From NCBI GenBank assembly GCA_045805065.1, contig JBJMMA010000224.1, positions 1-27,274 on the forward strand: 27,274 bases of DNA. Direction: 5' to 3'. Both the position numbers and the translations under genes were made by a program. The notes under the pieces were generated by a model that was not told where the DNA came from, made no database searches, and worked only from the letters and a program-made list of their open reading frames with translations. Shown here piece by piece: positions 9,216-17,437 of the stretch. The stretch is from Bdellovibrionia bacterium. GTDB taxonomy: Bacteria > Bdellovibrionota > UBA1018. The first letter of the stretch is position 1; every line of letters begins with the position of its first letter.

Positions 9216-10826
9216 TCATTTTAAGTCAAGGATTACAACGTTGTAGAGCTCTCTACCTTGGGTGTCATTACGACGGACACGAACCAGATAGCTCTTCTTT
9301 TCCTTAACGACCGAGTAAAAGTCGTCCGTGTTTTTAACCGGCTTACGGTCCACTTCAACGATGATATCGCCTCGAACAAGGCCCGCTTTATCAGCAGCAC
9401 TTCCATAGGCCACGTTGCTTACGACGACGCCTTTGACATTTTCCGGAAGACCCAGCTCTTTTGCGATCTCCGAAGTGACCGTCTCAAGGTCCATTCCAGT
9501 ATCAACGGACGGCTTCGCCTTTTGATCTTTCTTCTTCTTGGGCTTGCCGACTTCGCTGCGCGCAAGCTCTTCAGCTCCAGGGCGTTGAGCGATTTTGATT
9601 TGAAGAGTTTGTTCCTTACCGTTTCGGGAAACCTTCACAGGTACCGTTGATCCCACCGTTGAGGCAGTCACAGCAGCCACGAGATCTTCGCCATTGCGGA
9701 TCTGCTTGCCGTTGAAATCGAGGATCACATCGTAGTTCTCAAGACCTGCTTTTTCAGCGGGACTTCCTGGATTGACCTGGCTGACGAATGGAGCGCGAAG
9801 GTCTTTTGAAACTCCAAGCTTCGAAGCAATCTCAGGAGTCAGAGGCTCCACCAGCACTCCGATAAATCCACGAGCTACAACACCTTTGGTCTTGAGCTGC
9901 GTGAGGACGCTTTTGACCAGGCTGATAGGAATCGCAAAACCAATTCCCTGAGCGCGGGCTTCAATCGCGTTATTGATGCCGATCACTTCGCCCTTCAGGT
10001 TCATCAGAGGACCGCCCGAGTTGCCGGGATTGATCGGAGCATCTGTCTGAAGATAGCGTGCAAGAGGGAAATCAGGAGCCGGACGTCCCTTGGCGGAAAT
10101 AATTCCGTGCGTGACGGAGTGCCCCTGGCCAAAAGGATTTCCTACAGCCATGACGTACTCACCCACTTCAACTGATTCAGAATCCCCCAGAACAAGCGGC
10201 GTGAGCTCACGCTTGGTCTTGACTCGAATCAGAGCGACATCGATTTCTGGATCGCGTCCAACGACGGTTCCATCAGTTGGCTTCTCATCTTCTTCTTCAG
10301 TGAAGTAGATCTTAATCTCATCCGCGTCAGCGACGACGTGATTATTGGTCAGGATCAAGCCTGATGAATCAATGATGAAACCGCTTCCAAGTGACATCGC
10401 TTTAGGAGCTTTGGCAGCAGGACCATTCGGTCCACCCGGATTACCAGGGCCACCAGGGCGCTTGGGCGCTGGGGGTGGCGTATCATCATCCTCATCGCCC
10501 TCGCCTCCGCCTCCGCCGCCACGGCCGTTGTGGTTTCGGAAGAACTCTTCAAAGAAACGGCGGAACATGTCATCCGGAGTTCCGTATCCTTGAGGAGATT
10601 TCACCGTGGAGAGTGTGGAGATGTTCACGACCGAAGGTACGGCGCGCTTAGCGAGTTTTACGAAAATATTTGGATCAGCGATGGGCGTTGATGTCGCGTT
10701 GGTTGCGCTCGATGCATTTGCGCCACCCGTCGAAGCTTGCCCATAAGCGAAGTGATATGCCGCAGGGACCGCAGCAGCAAGTGTGAGGACCAGTGCGCCG
10801 AACTTCAAAGCTCCAAATTTTTTCAT
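9216..10826 (-). CDS. htrA: DegP/DegQ (HtrA) periplasmic serine protease with two PDZ domains
   Basis: Signal peptide; GSGFII, TNNHVV, DVALI and QTDAPINPGNSGG catalytic-triad motifs; two PDZ domains (GSPAEKAGL, GSAADKAGL). Confidence 0.95.
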   Translation of the reverse strand: MKKFGALKFGALVLTLAAAVPAAYHFAYGQASTGGANASSATNATSTPIADPNIFVKLAKRAVPSVVNISTLSTVKSPQGYGTPDDMFRRFFEEFFRNHNGRGGGGGGEGDEDDDTPPPAPKRPGGPGNPGGPNGPAAKAPKAMSLGSGFIIDSSGLILTNNHVVADADEIKIYFTEEEDEKPTDGTVVGRDPEIDVALIRVKTKRELTPLVLGDSESVEVGEYVMAVGNPFGQGHSVTHGIISAKGRPAPDFPLARYLQTDAPINPGNSGGPLMNLKGEVIGINNAIEARAQGIGFAIPISLVKSVLTQLKTKGVVARGFIGVLVEPLTPEIASKLGVSKDLRAPFVSQVNPGSPAEKAGLENYDVILDFNGKQIRNGEDLVAAVTASTVGSTVPVKVSRNGKEQTLQIKIAQRPGAEELARSEVGKPKKKKDQKAKPSVDTGMDLETVTSEIAKELGLPENVKGVVVSNVAYGSAADKAGLVRGDIIVEVDRKPVKNTDDFYSVVKEKKSYLVRVRRNDTQGRELYNVVILDLK

Positions 10827-11098
10827 CTGCTGATACCTAGCTTTTTTTGAACTTCAACAAATCGCATGCGAGTCTCAAACAGAAGCTGATCAATCAGGCG
10901 ATCTTCCTCAGGCGTGCGATTGCCTTTGGTCTTCTCCTGCATCAACTCCAAGAGATCGATGTTCTGTTTTGCTAATTCGAGATCCACTTTCGGCTCACTC
11001 TTGCCGTCGGGACTGACAAGTCCAAGTCCGATAAATGCGGCGGACGAGATCGAGAGAAAAAAAGTGGTCAGATCAATCTTGTGGATTTCCATAACCAT
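10823..11098 (-). CDS. DUF1844-family protein
   Basis: FFLSISSAAFIGLG...DLELAKQNIDLLELMQEKTKGNRTPEE...L..TRMRFV pattern; ATGA overlap with htrA. Confidence 0.85.
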   Translation of the reverse strand: MVMEIHKIDLTTFFLSISSAAFIGLGLVSPDGKSEPKVDLELAKQNIDLLELMQEKTKGNRTPEEDRLIDQLLFETRMRFVEVQKKLGISR

Positions 11099-11132
11099 TC
11101 TCGCATCTCATCTCACAGGGATGCGATAGGGA

Positions 11133-11675
11133 TCAAGAAAAGATGCGCTCGGAGCAAGACACCTTATGCAACGCATCACGCCAAACGCGATCTTCGGTCG
11201 CATCTTTCCGTTGTGTGGCGCGAAAGACATTGAGCTTCTGATCCTGGCGCTTAAAGAAGTTCCTTAAAGGAAGCAGGGTCCAGAGCACGACAGCCCGCAG
11301 CGGAGTCCAGGGCTGACGAAGGCTCTTTTCAAATTCCATGTGCCACGCTGAGCAAAGAGTTTTGATTCCAATCCCTCGTTGGGACAAAAGTTCAAGGCCT
11401 CGGCTTATGACCGCAACCACTTCATCATCGCGAAAGCTGGAAAGGGCTCCTTGGCTGACCAACAAAGTCCGGCCCCCGAAAAATCCTCCCGCCACCCGGG
11501 CGTCGGGAAGCGTATCAGGATAGATCAGGATATCAGGCAAGCGTGAACTACCGGTCTTTCGAGATGCGTACTGTAGCGCAAGCTCAAGTCCGGGAGACTT
11601 TTCCTGACGTGCCTGAAGGATATGAACCATGGCAGACTCAGGCCTGACGACCGATAGCAGGGAGTTCAGAATCAT
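11133..11675 (-). CDS. Hypothetical protein, degenerate HtpX/M48-like (no HExxH)
   Basis: LPDILIYPDTLPDARVAGG...LLVSQGALSSFRDDEVVAVISRGLELL parallels the M48 core P.vyi...pNAFa.G...v.vt.Gll..l..dEl.AVlaHElgH. SD AAGGGAG. Confidence 0.6.
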   Translation of the reverse strand: MILNSLLSVVRPESAMVHILQARQEKSPGLELALQYASRKTGSSRLPDILIYPDTLPDARVAGGFFGGRTLLVSQGALSSFRDDEVVAVISRGLELLSQRGIGIKTLCSAWHMEFEKSLRQPWTPLRAVVLWTLLPLRNFFKRQDQKLNVFRATQRKDATEDRVWRDALHKVSCSERIFS

Positions 11676-11692
11676 ACTCCCTTAGTCTAACG

Positions 11693-12901
11693 TTAAGTTT
11701 CGGAATTGTCTCGGTCGAGTTCGATGGGTCCGGAATCCATCATTTCATGGAATTTACCGGCCATATCGTAGCCTTCTTGACGGACCATTCCGGAGAGACT
11801 TAACTTGAGATCATTATTGCTGCCCGATGTCTTCAAGGCCTGCTCGGCTGTGATCTTGCCTTCTTTTACCAGCCGCTCAAGCGCCTGATTCATTGTCTGC
11901 ATCTTGTAGTAAAGATTTGAGTTGGCAATGGCATCAGGGATCTTCTCAAGCTCATTCTTGAGAATGAAATTCTCGATGGTCGGCGATTTGACCATCACCT
12001 CGCAGGCAGGCACGCGTCCTGTTCCGTCCGCGCGCTCCAGGAGCTGCTGGGACAAAACGCCCACCAAAGATGCTGAAAGCTGAATACGAGCCTGGTTTTT
12101 TGCCTCAGGCGGAAAGACTTCGATAATGCGATCGATCGTTCCGCGAGCATCGTTGGTGTGAAGTGTCGCAAGTACGAGGTGACCTGTTTCGGCCGCAGAA
12201 AGGGCTGCCTGAATCATTTCATAATCACGAAGCTCACCAATCACGATGACGTCCGGGTCCTGCCTAAGACCGGAGTGGAGAGCTTCTCTCAAAGAATGCG
12301 TGTCCGCGCCAACTTCGCGTTGAGTGACGGTTGCTTTGAGATCCCGATGCAAATATTCGATAGGATCCTCAATGCAGAGAATGTGCACAGCGCTTGTCTC
12401 ATTAATGTAATTGATCAAAGCGGCAAGTGTGGTTGATTTTCCGCTTCCGGTTGCTCCTGTGACCAACAAAAGCCCGCGAGGCCTCTGACAAAGCTCCTTC
12501 ATGACTGGGGGAACGCCCAGCTGATCCAGCGCCGGCAACGTGAGTGGAATCGCGCGCACTGCGGCCGCAAGCGAGTTTCTCTGATAATAAATGTGGCAGC
12601 GAAAGCGACCCAGTCCGTTCACGACGAAAGAGAGGTCGATGTTGCGGTCCTCTTCGAGTTCGATCTTTTGTCGTGCTGAGAGAATGTCCAAAACAATTCT
12701 TTCCACCTGCTCAGACTCAAGATCGGGCATCTTGGCTGCGACCAGTTTTCCGTTAATCCGAAAAAGTGGCGGTCTGCCGGACTTAAGATGCAGGTCCGAG
12801 GCATTGTATTTGATCAGTGCCCGCACCAAGTATCGCATATCGACTGCAAACTTCGGCGGTTGAGCCGGTTGTGGCTGAATCTTCAGTGCTGTGTTGCTCA
12901 A
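11693..12901 (-). CDS. pilT: PilT/PilU-family type IV pilus retraction ATPase
   Basis: ASDLHL, GRFR, Walker A GATGSGKST, Asp box IEDPIEY, QREVG, LRQDPDVIVIGELRD, His box ETGHLVLATLHT. TTG start overlaps the GAF gene stop; alternative ATG at 12838. Paralogue class uncertain. Confidence 0.9.
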   Translation of the reverse strand: MSNTALKIQPQPAQPPKFAVDMRYLVRALIKYNASDLHLKSGRPPLFRINGKLVAAKMPDLESEQVERIVLDILSARQKIELEEDRNIDLSFVVNGLGRFRCHIYYQRNSLAAAVRAIPLTLPALDQLGVPPVMKELCQRPRGLLLVTGATGSGKSTTLAALINYINETSAVHILCIEDPIEYLHRDLKATVTQREVGADTHSLREALHSGLRQDPDVIVIGELRDYEMIQAALSAAETGHLVLATLHTNDARGTIDRIIEVFPPEAKNQARIQLSASLVGVLSQQLLERADGTGRVPACEVMVKSPTIENFILKNELEKIPDAIANSNLYYKMQTMNQALERLVKEGKITAEQALKTSGSNNDLKLSLSGMVRQEGYDMAGKFHEMMDSGPIELDRDNSET

Positions 12902-13605
12902 GCTGCATTTCCTTTTTGACCCGAACCAGAAGAATCTGAACTCTCCGTTTTGCGTCCTTGCTGGCCCCAGGCCAACATGAAGCGCACTTCAATGGCCTTG
13001 GCGGCCATTTCGCAGAAGTAATTCAAAAGCTCAATGTCGCTGTTGGTGAAGTTCGGCTCGCCCACTCGATTGAGCAGCTCAAGGACTCCGTAAACACGAC
13101 CTCGAATCATGATAGGAACCGCAATCAGATTGCGCGTATCAAATCCCACGGCTTTCGCAATCGAGCGAAGATGAAGCTTGTTTGCCTCAACGTCTGCCAC
13201 GATCAGGTGCTGGCGGGATTCGGCAACGTGTCCGACGATGCCTTGTCCCATGGGGATAGTGAATTTTGTAAGATTGTCCGAGCTCTGGCCAACAACTGCT
13301 CTGAAAAAAAGCGTGTTATTGGAATGATCGACTTCAAAAATAGAGCCGGCTTCGGATTTCACCACTTTCATCACGACGAGAAGGATTTCGCGGACAAAGT
13401 CGTTGAACTTCAAGTCGCGTGTCAGAAGCCTTAAGAAGGAATCGACCATTGTGAAACGCGCGTTGAGCTGCGCAAGGCTCTCATCATCGGGCGCAAAAAG
13501 CTGCCCTGAAGCCTCGTAGTGGCTGACTGGGGTCTCGGGCGCTGGAGGTGGTTCAAGCGCGATTTCGAGCGAAATGTCGTCTTTTTTCTTATCTTCGTTC
13601 GACAA
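12898..13605 (-). CDS. Stand-alone GAF-domain protein
   Basis: GSIFEVD...IPMGQGIVGHVAE...GFDTRNLIAVPI...GVLELLNR...FTNSDIELL. TTG start with a strong GAGGAGG SD. Confidence 0.88.
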   Translation of the reverse strand: MSNEDKKKDDISLEIALEPPPAPETPVSHYEASGQLFAPDDESLAQLNARFTMVDSFLRLLTRDLKFNDFVREILLVVMKVVKSEAGSIFEVDHSNNTLFFRAVVGQSSDNLTKFTIPMGQGIVGHVAESRQHLIVADVEANKLHLRSIAKAVGFDTRNLIAVPIMIRGRVYGVLELLNRVGEPNFTNSDIELLNYFCEMAAKAIEVRFMLAWGQQGRKTESSDSSGSGQKGNAA

Positions 13606-13671
13606 GCTATTGCCTCCTCAGGCTCTCGGACCGGCATGACCGATACCCTGGTCACCTGCCTCTGGTGTTCT

Positions 13672-13698
13672 TTTCGGTGATGTGAGACCATTTCTTTA
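13672..13698 (-). promoter_or_regulatory. Possible sigma28-like promoter of the GAF-pilT unit
   Basis: Minus strand TAAAG-N16-CCGAAA. The spacer is one base longer than in the other two sigma28-like sites. Confidence 0.35.
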
Positions 13699-13721
13699 AC
13701 CTATCTAAGATTGGTGTAATA

Positions 13722-14144
13722 ATGCGAACTTACAGCGCTTTTTGGCCCGCACATTATAGATTTCTGGTTGTTTTCGGCGTCCTGCTCGCGGGTTGCGGAG
13801 ATGTGCACCTGGGCACGAGCAACAACGATCTGGCGCCCAGTGGAACGCTTCTGGCCTCAGGTTCATTCAATAGCGGGCAGATCAGTGGCAGCGTTCAGAT
13901 CTATAGCCAGAATGGAGGCTATATCCTTCGGCTTGTGGGCTACAGCGCGCCAAGCATTAGCAATGCTGGCGCGGTCATTACCGGCAACGGGCAAACGGTT
14001 GCCTCTATTCCTTTGACCATCTCTTCCGGAACGAAGAACTATGGCTTTGGCGCAGCCTCAGGGATCACATTCAACGCCGTGACGATTCGCTCGCTTTCGA
14101 ACAACACGGATTACTCGGTAGCGACTCTGATTCAGTCGCAGTAA
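13722..14144 (+). CDS. Lipoprotein with a divergent DM13-like domain
   Basis: Lipobox LLAGC; pattern LASGSF...SGSVQI...LRL...L..SSGTKNY...V.I...Y..ATL resembles DM13. Confidence 0.55.
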   Translation: MRTYSAFWPAHYRFLVVFGVLLAGCGDVHLGTSNNDLAPSGTLLASGSFNSGQISGSVQIYSQNGGYILRLVGYSAPSISNAGAVITGNGQTVASIPLTISSGTKNYGFGAASGITFNAVTIRSLSNNTDYSVATLIQSQ

Positions 14145-14153
14145 GAGCTCGTC

Positions 14154-14615
14154 TTACGGAAGCGCCATCTCGTTCTTGTATTCGACCATCTCTTTGATGC
14201 TCTGGACATCCGAGATCATCCACTTGCCCTGGTCCTGGATCAGCTGGGCCATTTTCTTTTGAGTGACTTTTGCGCCGCTTCCCTTGCCTTGGTCAACATA
14301 GGTGAGCTCGTAAGTGATGTTGGTCTCTGAGGGAGAAGTATTCTTGGACTCAGTAAAAACCAGTTTTACGAACTCGCGTTTGTTATCAATGAAGGCCTGC
14401 CGGAACTGCTCATCGCTCCACGCAGACAAGCGCGCCTTAGCGTCGCGAGTCAGCAGCGTGACAAGCTCTGCTCGGTCAGCCACGCCCTTCACCGCAAAAC
14501 TTTTCGAGATATAAGCGTTCAATACCTTCTTGGGATCATTGGGTACGTCACTGTTTTGTGAGCAAGCCGAAGTGATCAGTGCAAGCGCGATTGCCAATGT
14601 GAAATTACGAAACAT
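14154..14615 (-). CDS. Hypothetical lipoprotein (possibly NTF2-like fold)
   Basis: Start moved to ATG 14615 (SD GGGAGAAGGG); lipobox ITSAC; C-terminal GKWMISDV strand. Confidence 0.75.
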   Translation of the reverse strand: MFRNFTLAIALALITSACSQNSDVPNDPKKVLNAYISKSFAVKGVADRAELVTLLTRDAKARLSAWSDEQFRQAFIDNKREFVKLVFTESKNTSPSETNITYELTYVDQGKGSGAKVTQKKMAQLIQDQGKWMISDVQSIKEMVEYKNEMALP

Positions 14616-15342
14616 ACCCTTCTCCCTTAAGTGCCTCGACAAAGTCGCCTAAAAGCTTTCGAGAATCGGCACTCATATCTCGAAATTTGAACCCGATGAC
14701 ACTCTCCGAACCCATTCGATTAAACACACAAACGGGTACACCAACACATCGGGTCTGTTTTTCTCTGAACGATAAAAGAAGCTCGACGTTCTCGGGCTTC
14801 ACAAACTTTTCACCTGTGGGCGTCGTGCCGCGCGAATTGTCGCGAAACACGAAAACCCCTTCGCGATCCAAGCGGGCCACGCGGTACTCGTTACGCTCGG
14901 ACTGGAGGTTGATCTCACAGTTTAGCCCAGGCACTGGCTGAGGCAGCCCTTCGTACCAATGCATTTTTGGATCAATAAAAGATCGACCCAGCTCAAGCTT
15001 GAGCCAGGAAAGATGGGCAAGCATAAGGCCGCCCAGAACGAGTCCGTAAATTCCAAGGCTTGGGTAATGAAGGCGAAGCGCCATCCATCCATTCGACAAA
15101 AACCAGAAACTGGCCAATACAGCCAGGGCGTACCATCCGATCCTTCGGCCTTTAAGAAGGAGAATCGAGATGATCACGCTGACGACAAAAACCGGCACGC
15201 AGACATATCCGATTTGCTGATAAGGAAGCCTCCACCAAGGCGCGCGCTTGACGAGGATCACCTCGAACGCGGCAAGAGGGACGCAAAGTGCGAGAGCCTG
15301 AATGGCCCTTTTCAGACCCTTCGGCACAAAAACCATCTGCAT
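14605..15342 (-). CDS. Membrane protein (about 4 TM) with C-terminal PilZ-like beta-barrel
   Basis: Start moved to ATG 15342 (or 15336) to avoid overlap with anmK; four hydrophobic segments, then RVARLDREGVFV...IGFKFRDMS...LGDFVEAL. Confidence 0.65.
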   Translation of the reverse strand: MQMVFVPKGLKRAIQALALCVPLAAFEVILVKRAPWWRLPYQQIGYVCVPVFVVSVIISILLLKGRRIGWYALAVLASFWFLSNGWMALRLHYPSLGIYGLVLGGLMLAHLSWLKLELGRSFIDPKMHWYEGLPQPVPGLNCEINLQSERNEYRVARLDREGVFVFRDNSRGTTPTGEKFVKPENVELLLSFREKQTRCVGVPVCVFNRMGSESVIGFKFRDMSADSRKLLGDFVEALKGEGYVS

Positions 15343-15350
15343 ATCTTTAA

Positions 15351-15379
15351 ATTTTGTCACGCCCCGGGCCAAATTGCAA
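15351..15379 (-). promoter_or_regulatory. Sigma70-like promoter immediately before the PilZ-like gene
   Basis: Minus strand TTGCAA-N17-CAAAAT with a TG extension, 8 nt before the ATG. Confidence 0.4.
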
Positions 15380-15435
15380 AAGATGGCGAGCGGTTCCTTG
15401 CGCCTGAAGGCTGCTTCCCTTACCCTGAGGAGATC

Positions 15436-16602
15436 ATGGATAACACCTCGATTCGGATCTTGGGCGTAATGACTGGAACTTCGTGCGACGGATTGGACGC
15501 CGCTTGCATATCCATTGATCCGGATGGTTGGGAACCCATGTGGTCGGCAACCGCTCCCTACCCGGCTGCGCTGAGAAAGCGCGTGCTTGACGCTCAAAAG
15601 CCCGGAACGAAGCTTACTTCACGCGATTGGCTTGCCCTGGAGCGTGATCTGGGCGAATGGTACGCAAGCGCTCTTTCAACAATCATTAAAAAACGCCCGG
15701 CCGATCAGCGTCCTGATGTCATCGCAAACCATGGCCAAACGGTTGCGCACTTTCCCGCTTCGAAGCGCCAAGGCATGACCTGGCAACTCGGCGATCCGAC
15801 TCGCATCGCTCGCGCCACGGGATTGACAGTGATCTCTGGATTTCGGAATGGCGATATGGCGGCAGGAGGAGAAGGCGCCCCGCTTGCTCCTGGATTTCAT
15901 CTCCTGCTTGCGTCGGTTCTGGACCCTACAAAGCTTGGAATCGCGATTCACAACATCGGCGGCATCAGCAATCTCACCTACGTTGGCCCTGAAGTGATTG
16001 CCTTTGATACAGGTCCAGGAAATTGCTGGATGGATGCTGCCACCGAGCTTGCGACCAAAGGAAAACTGAAATTTGATCGTGGCGGTAAGCTCGCTCGTCA
16101 GGGCACAGTCGATGCTTCGGCCGTTGATGCCACCATGAAGAATGCGTTCTTCAAAAAGGCGCCACCCAAGTCCACAGGGCGCGATGACTTTCCGTTTGAG
16201 CTTTTCAAGTCCAAAACCAAGGCAAAAGGTGCCGATCTTGTCGCCACGGCGACCGCTGTGACTGCAGAATCGATTGCTCACGCCTATGAGAATTTCATTC
16301 TGAAGAAGCGTCTGCCTTTGAAAGCGATCTACATCACCGGTGGCGGCGCCAAAAATCCGGCGCTCATGGATGGCTTGAAAAACTATCTGGCTCCGATCCA
16401 GGTATCAACCTTGGAAGATGCGGGGTTTGATCCGCAACTCGTTGAAGCGCAGGCGTTTGCCTACTTTGGATTTTTAAGTCTTCTGGGTCAACCCCTCGGT
16501 GGAAGCTGGACGGGTGCTCAAGGCTTTGGACCTCCAGGTCAGATCACGCCGGGCGAAAACTGGGTTGAAGTTGTCGCTGCACTTTCGACTTACATAGGCT
16601 GA
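15436..16602 (+). CDS. anmK: Anhydro-N-acetylmuramic acid kinase
   Basis: GVMTGTSCDGLD, HGQTV, DMAAGGEGAPL, NIGGISN, FDTGPGN, GGGAKN, VEAQAFA. True start is ATG 15436 with GAGGAG SD. Confidence 0.95.
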   Translation: MDNTSIRILGVMTGTSCDGLDAACISIDPDGWEPMWSATAPYPAALRKRVLDAQKPGTKLTSRDWLALERDLGEWYASALSTIIKKRPADQRPDVIANHGQTVAHFPASKRQGMTWQLGDPTRIARATGLTVISGFRNGDMAAGGEGAPLAPGFHLLLASVLDPTKLGIAIHNIGGISNLTYVGPEVIAFDTGPGNCWMDAATELATKGKLKFDRGGKLARQGTVDASAVDATMKNAFFKKAPPKSTGRDDFPFELFKSKTKAKGADLVATATAVTAESIAHAYENFILKKRLPLKAIYITGGGAKNPALMDGLKNYLAPIQVSTLEDAGFDPQLVEAQAFAYFGFLSLLGQPLGGSWTGAQGFGPPGQITPGENWVEVVAALSTYIG

Positions 16603-16787
16603 GCAACAAGAGTTCTTTCGTGAGCAATGGTGTGTCCATTCGCAGAGGCGTTGGCTTCTGAGTTAGCGGATTCAACAAGGTGTCCATCCAGAAATTTTGC
16701 GAGAACGTAGCTGCGGGTTTCGCTATCCACTAAGATTTCGTAGCCATTTCCCGTCATCTCTTGAATCGTTCCAATCTTAATCGTCAT
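16590..16787 (-). CDS. Small hypothetical protein (65 aa, MTIKIGTIQEMTGNGYEILVD...)
   Basis: Open frame filling otherwise empty space; TAAGGGG directly before the ATG (short spacing); no known motif. Confidence 0.4.
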   Translation of the reverse strand: MTIKIGTIQEMTGNGYEILVDSETRSYVLAKFLDGHLVESANSEANASANGHTIAHERTLVAQPM

Positions 16788-17033
16788 GCCCCTTAAGATT
16801 GCAGCGATGAGGCCAATCAAAAGTGCCGAAGTTATCAGGACTTAGCTGAAGCGCTGACGAGCGCGACTCTGTGTCGGTAAAGACACATTGGGATTTTTGA
16901 CATGGCAACACTTCTCACGTGTCTACTTCTTGAGCAGTGTATGTTCAGGTTCTTGTTTACTGATTTTTGGCAAACACTCGTCAATTCAAGTCATTATGCC
17001 GGGAGTCGCTGGAGCTATAGCTCGTGACCCGCA

Positions 17034-17049
17034 TGGCATTGGAATTGAA
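17034..17049 (+). promoter_or_regulatory. Possible sigma54 promoter
   Basis: TGGCAT-TGGAA-TTGAA: correct -24/-12 spacing but GA instead of GC at -12; 34 nt upstream of ATG 17084. Confidence 0.4.
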
Positions 17050-17083
17050 ATGATGACCTCGAGAATAAGAGAGGAAAGATCAC

Positions 17084-17437
17084 ATGACTCATTTTCTATT
17101 ACGTACCTTAGTTATTGGAACCATCGCTCTGGCAAACTTGGTTTCGACGGCGTCCGCGGCGGAGACAGCATTTCAAAATGTCTGCGAGAAAACTTACAGA
17201 AATTTGCCAAAAGAATATCAACCCCAATATGAGCCGGCAAATAAGAACTCGCCTCAACTGTGCCAAATCTATTCTGCAGGATTTGCGGCCAATCCGGTTA
17301 ATTTCGGAGTTGTTAAGGCATTTAATGAAGCCTGTATCTCTGACGGTTCATCCCGTGGCGTTCAGTTGGCGCCCTCGCAGTGCATCGATGAATTAAAAAC
17401 CTGCGTTCTGAATGTGCGATGCGCTCCGAATGATTGA
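17084..17437 (+). CDS. Small secreted cysteine-rich hypothetical protein
   Basis: SD GAGAGGA; signal peptide ending ASA-A; six cysteines in a mature part of about 92 aa. Confidence 0.7.
   Translation: MTHFLLRTLVIGTIALANLVSTASAAETAFQNVCEKTYRNLPKEYQPQYEPANKNSPQLCQIYSAGFAANPVNFGVVKAFNEACISDGSSRGVQLAPSQCIDELKTCVLNVRCAPND

Noticed and set aside
14959..15435. 159-aa N-terminal extension of AnmK suggesting a fusion
   Set aside because: It is antisense to the PilZ-like membrane gene, and AnmK homology starts at ATG 15436, which has its own SD.
16788..16841. Hydrophobic stretch VLITSALLIGLIAAILRG resembling a Flp pilin or pseudogene
   Set aside because: In-frame stop immediately upstream and no G-x-x-x-x-EY prepilin motif in any frame.
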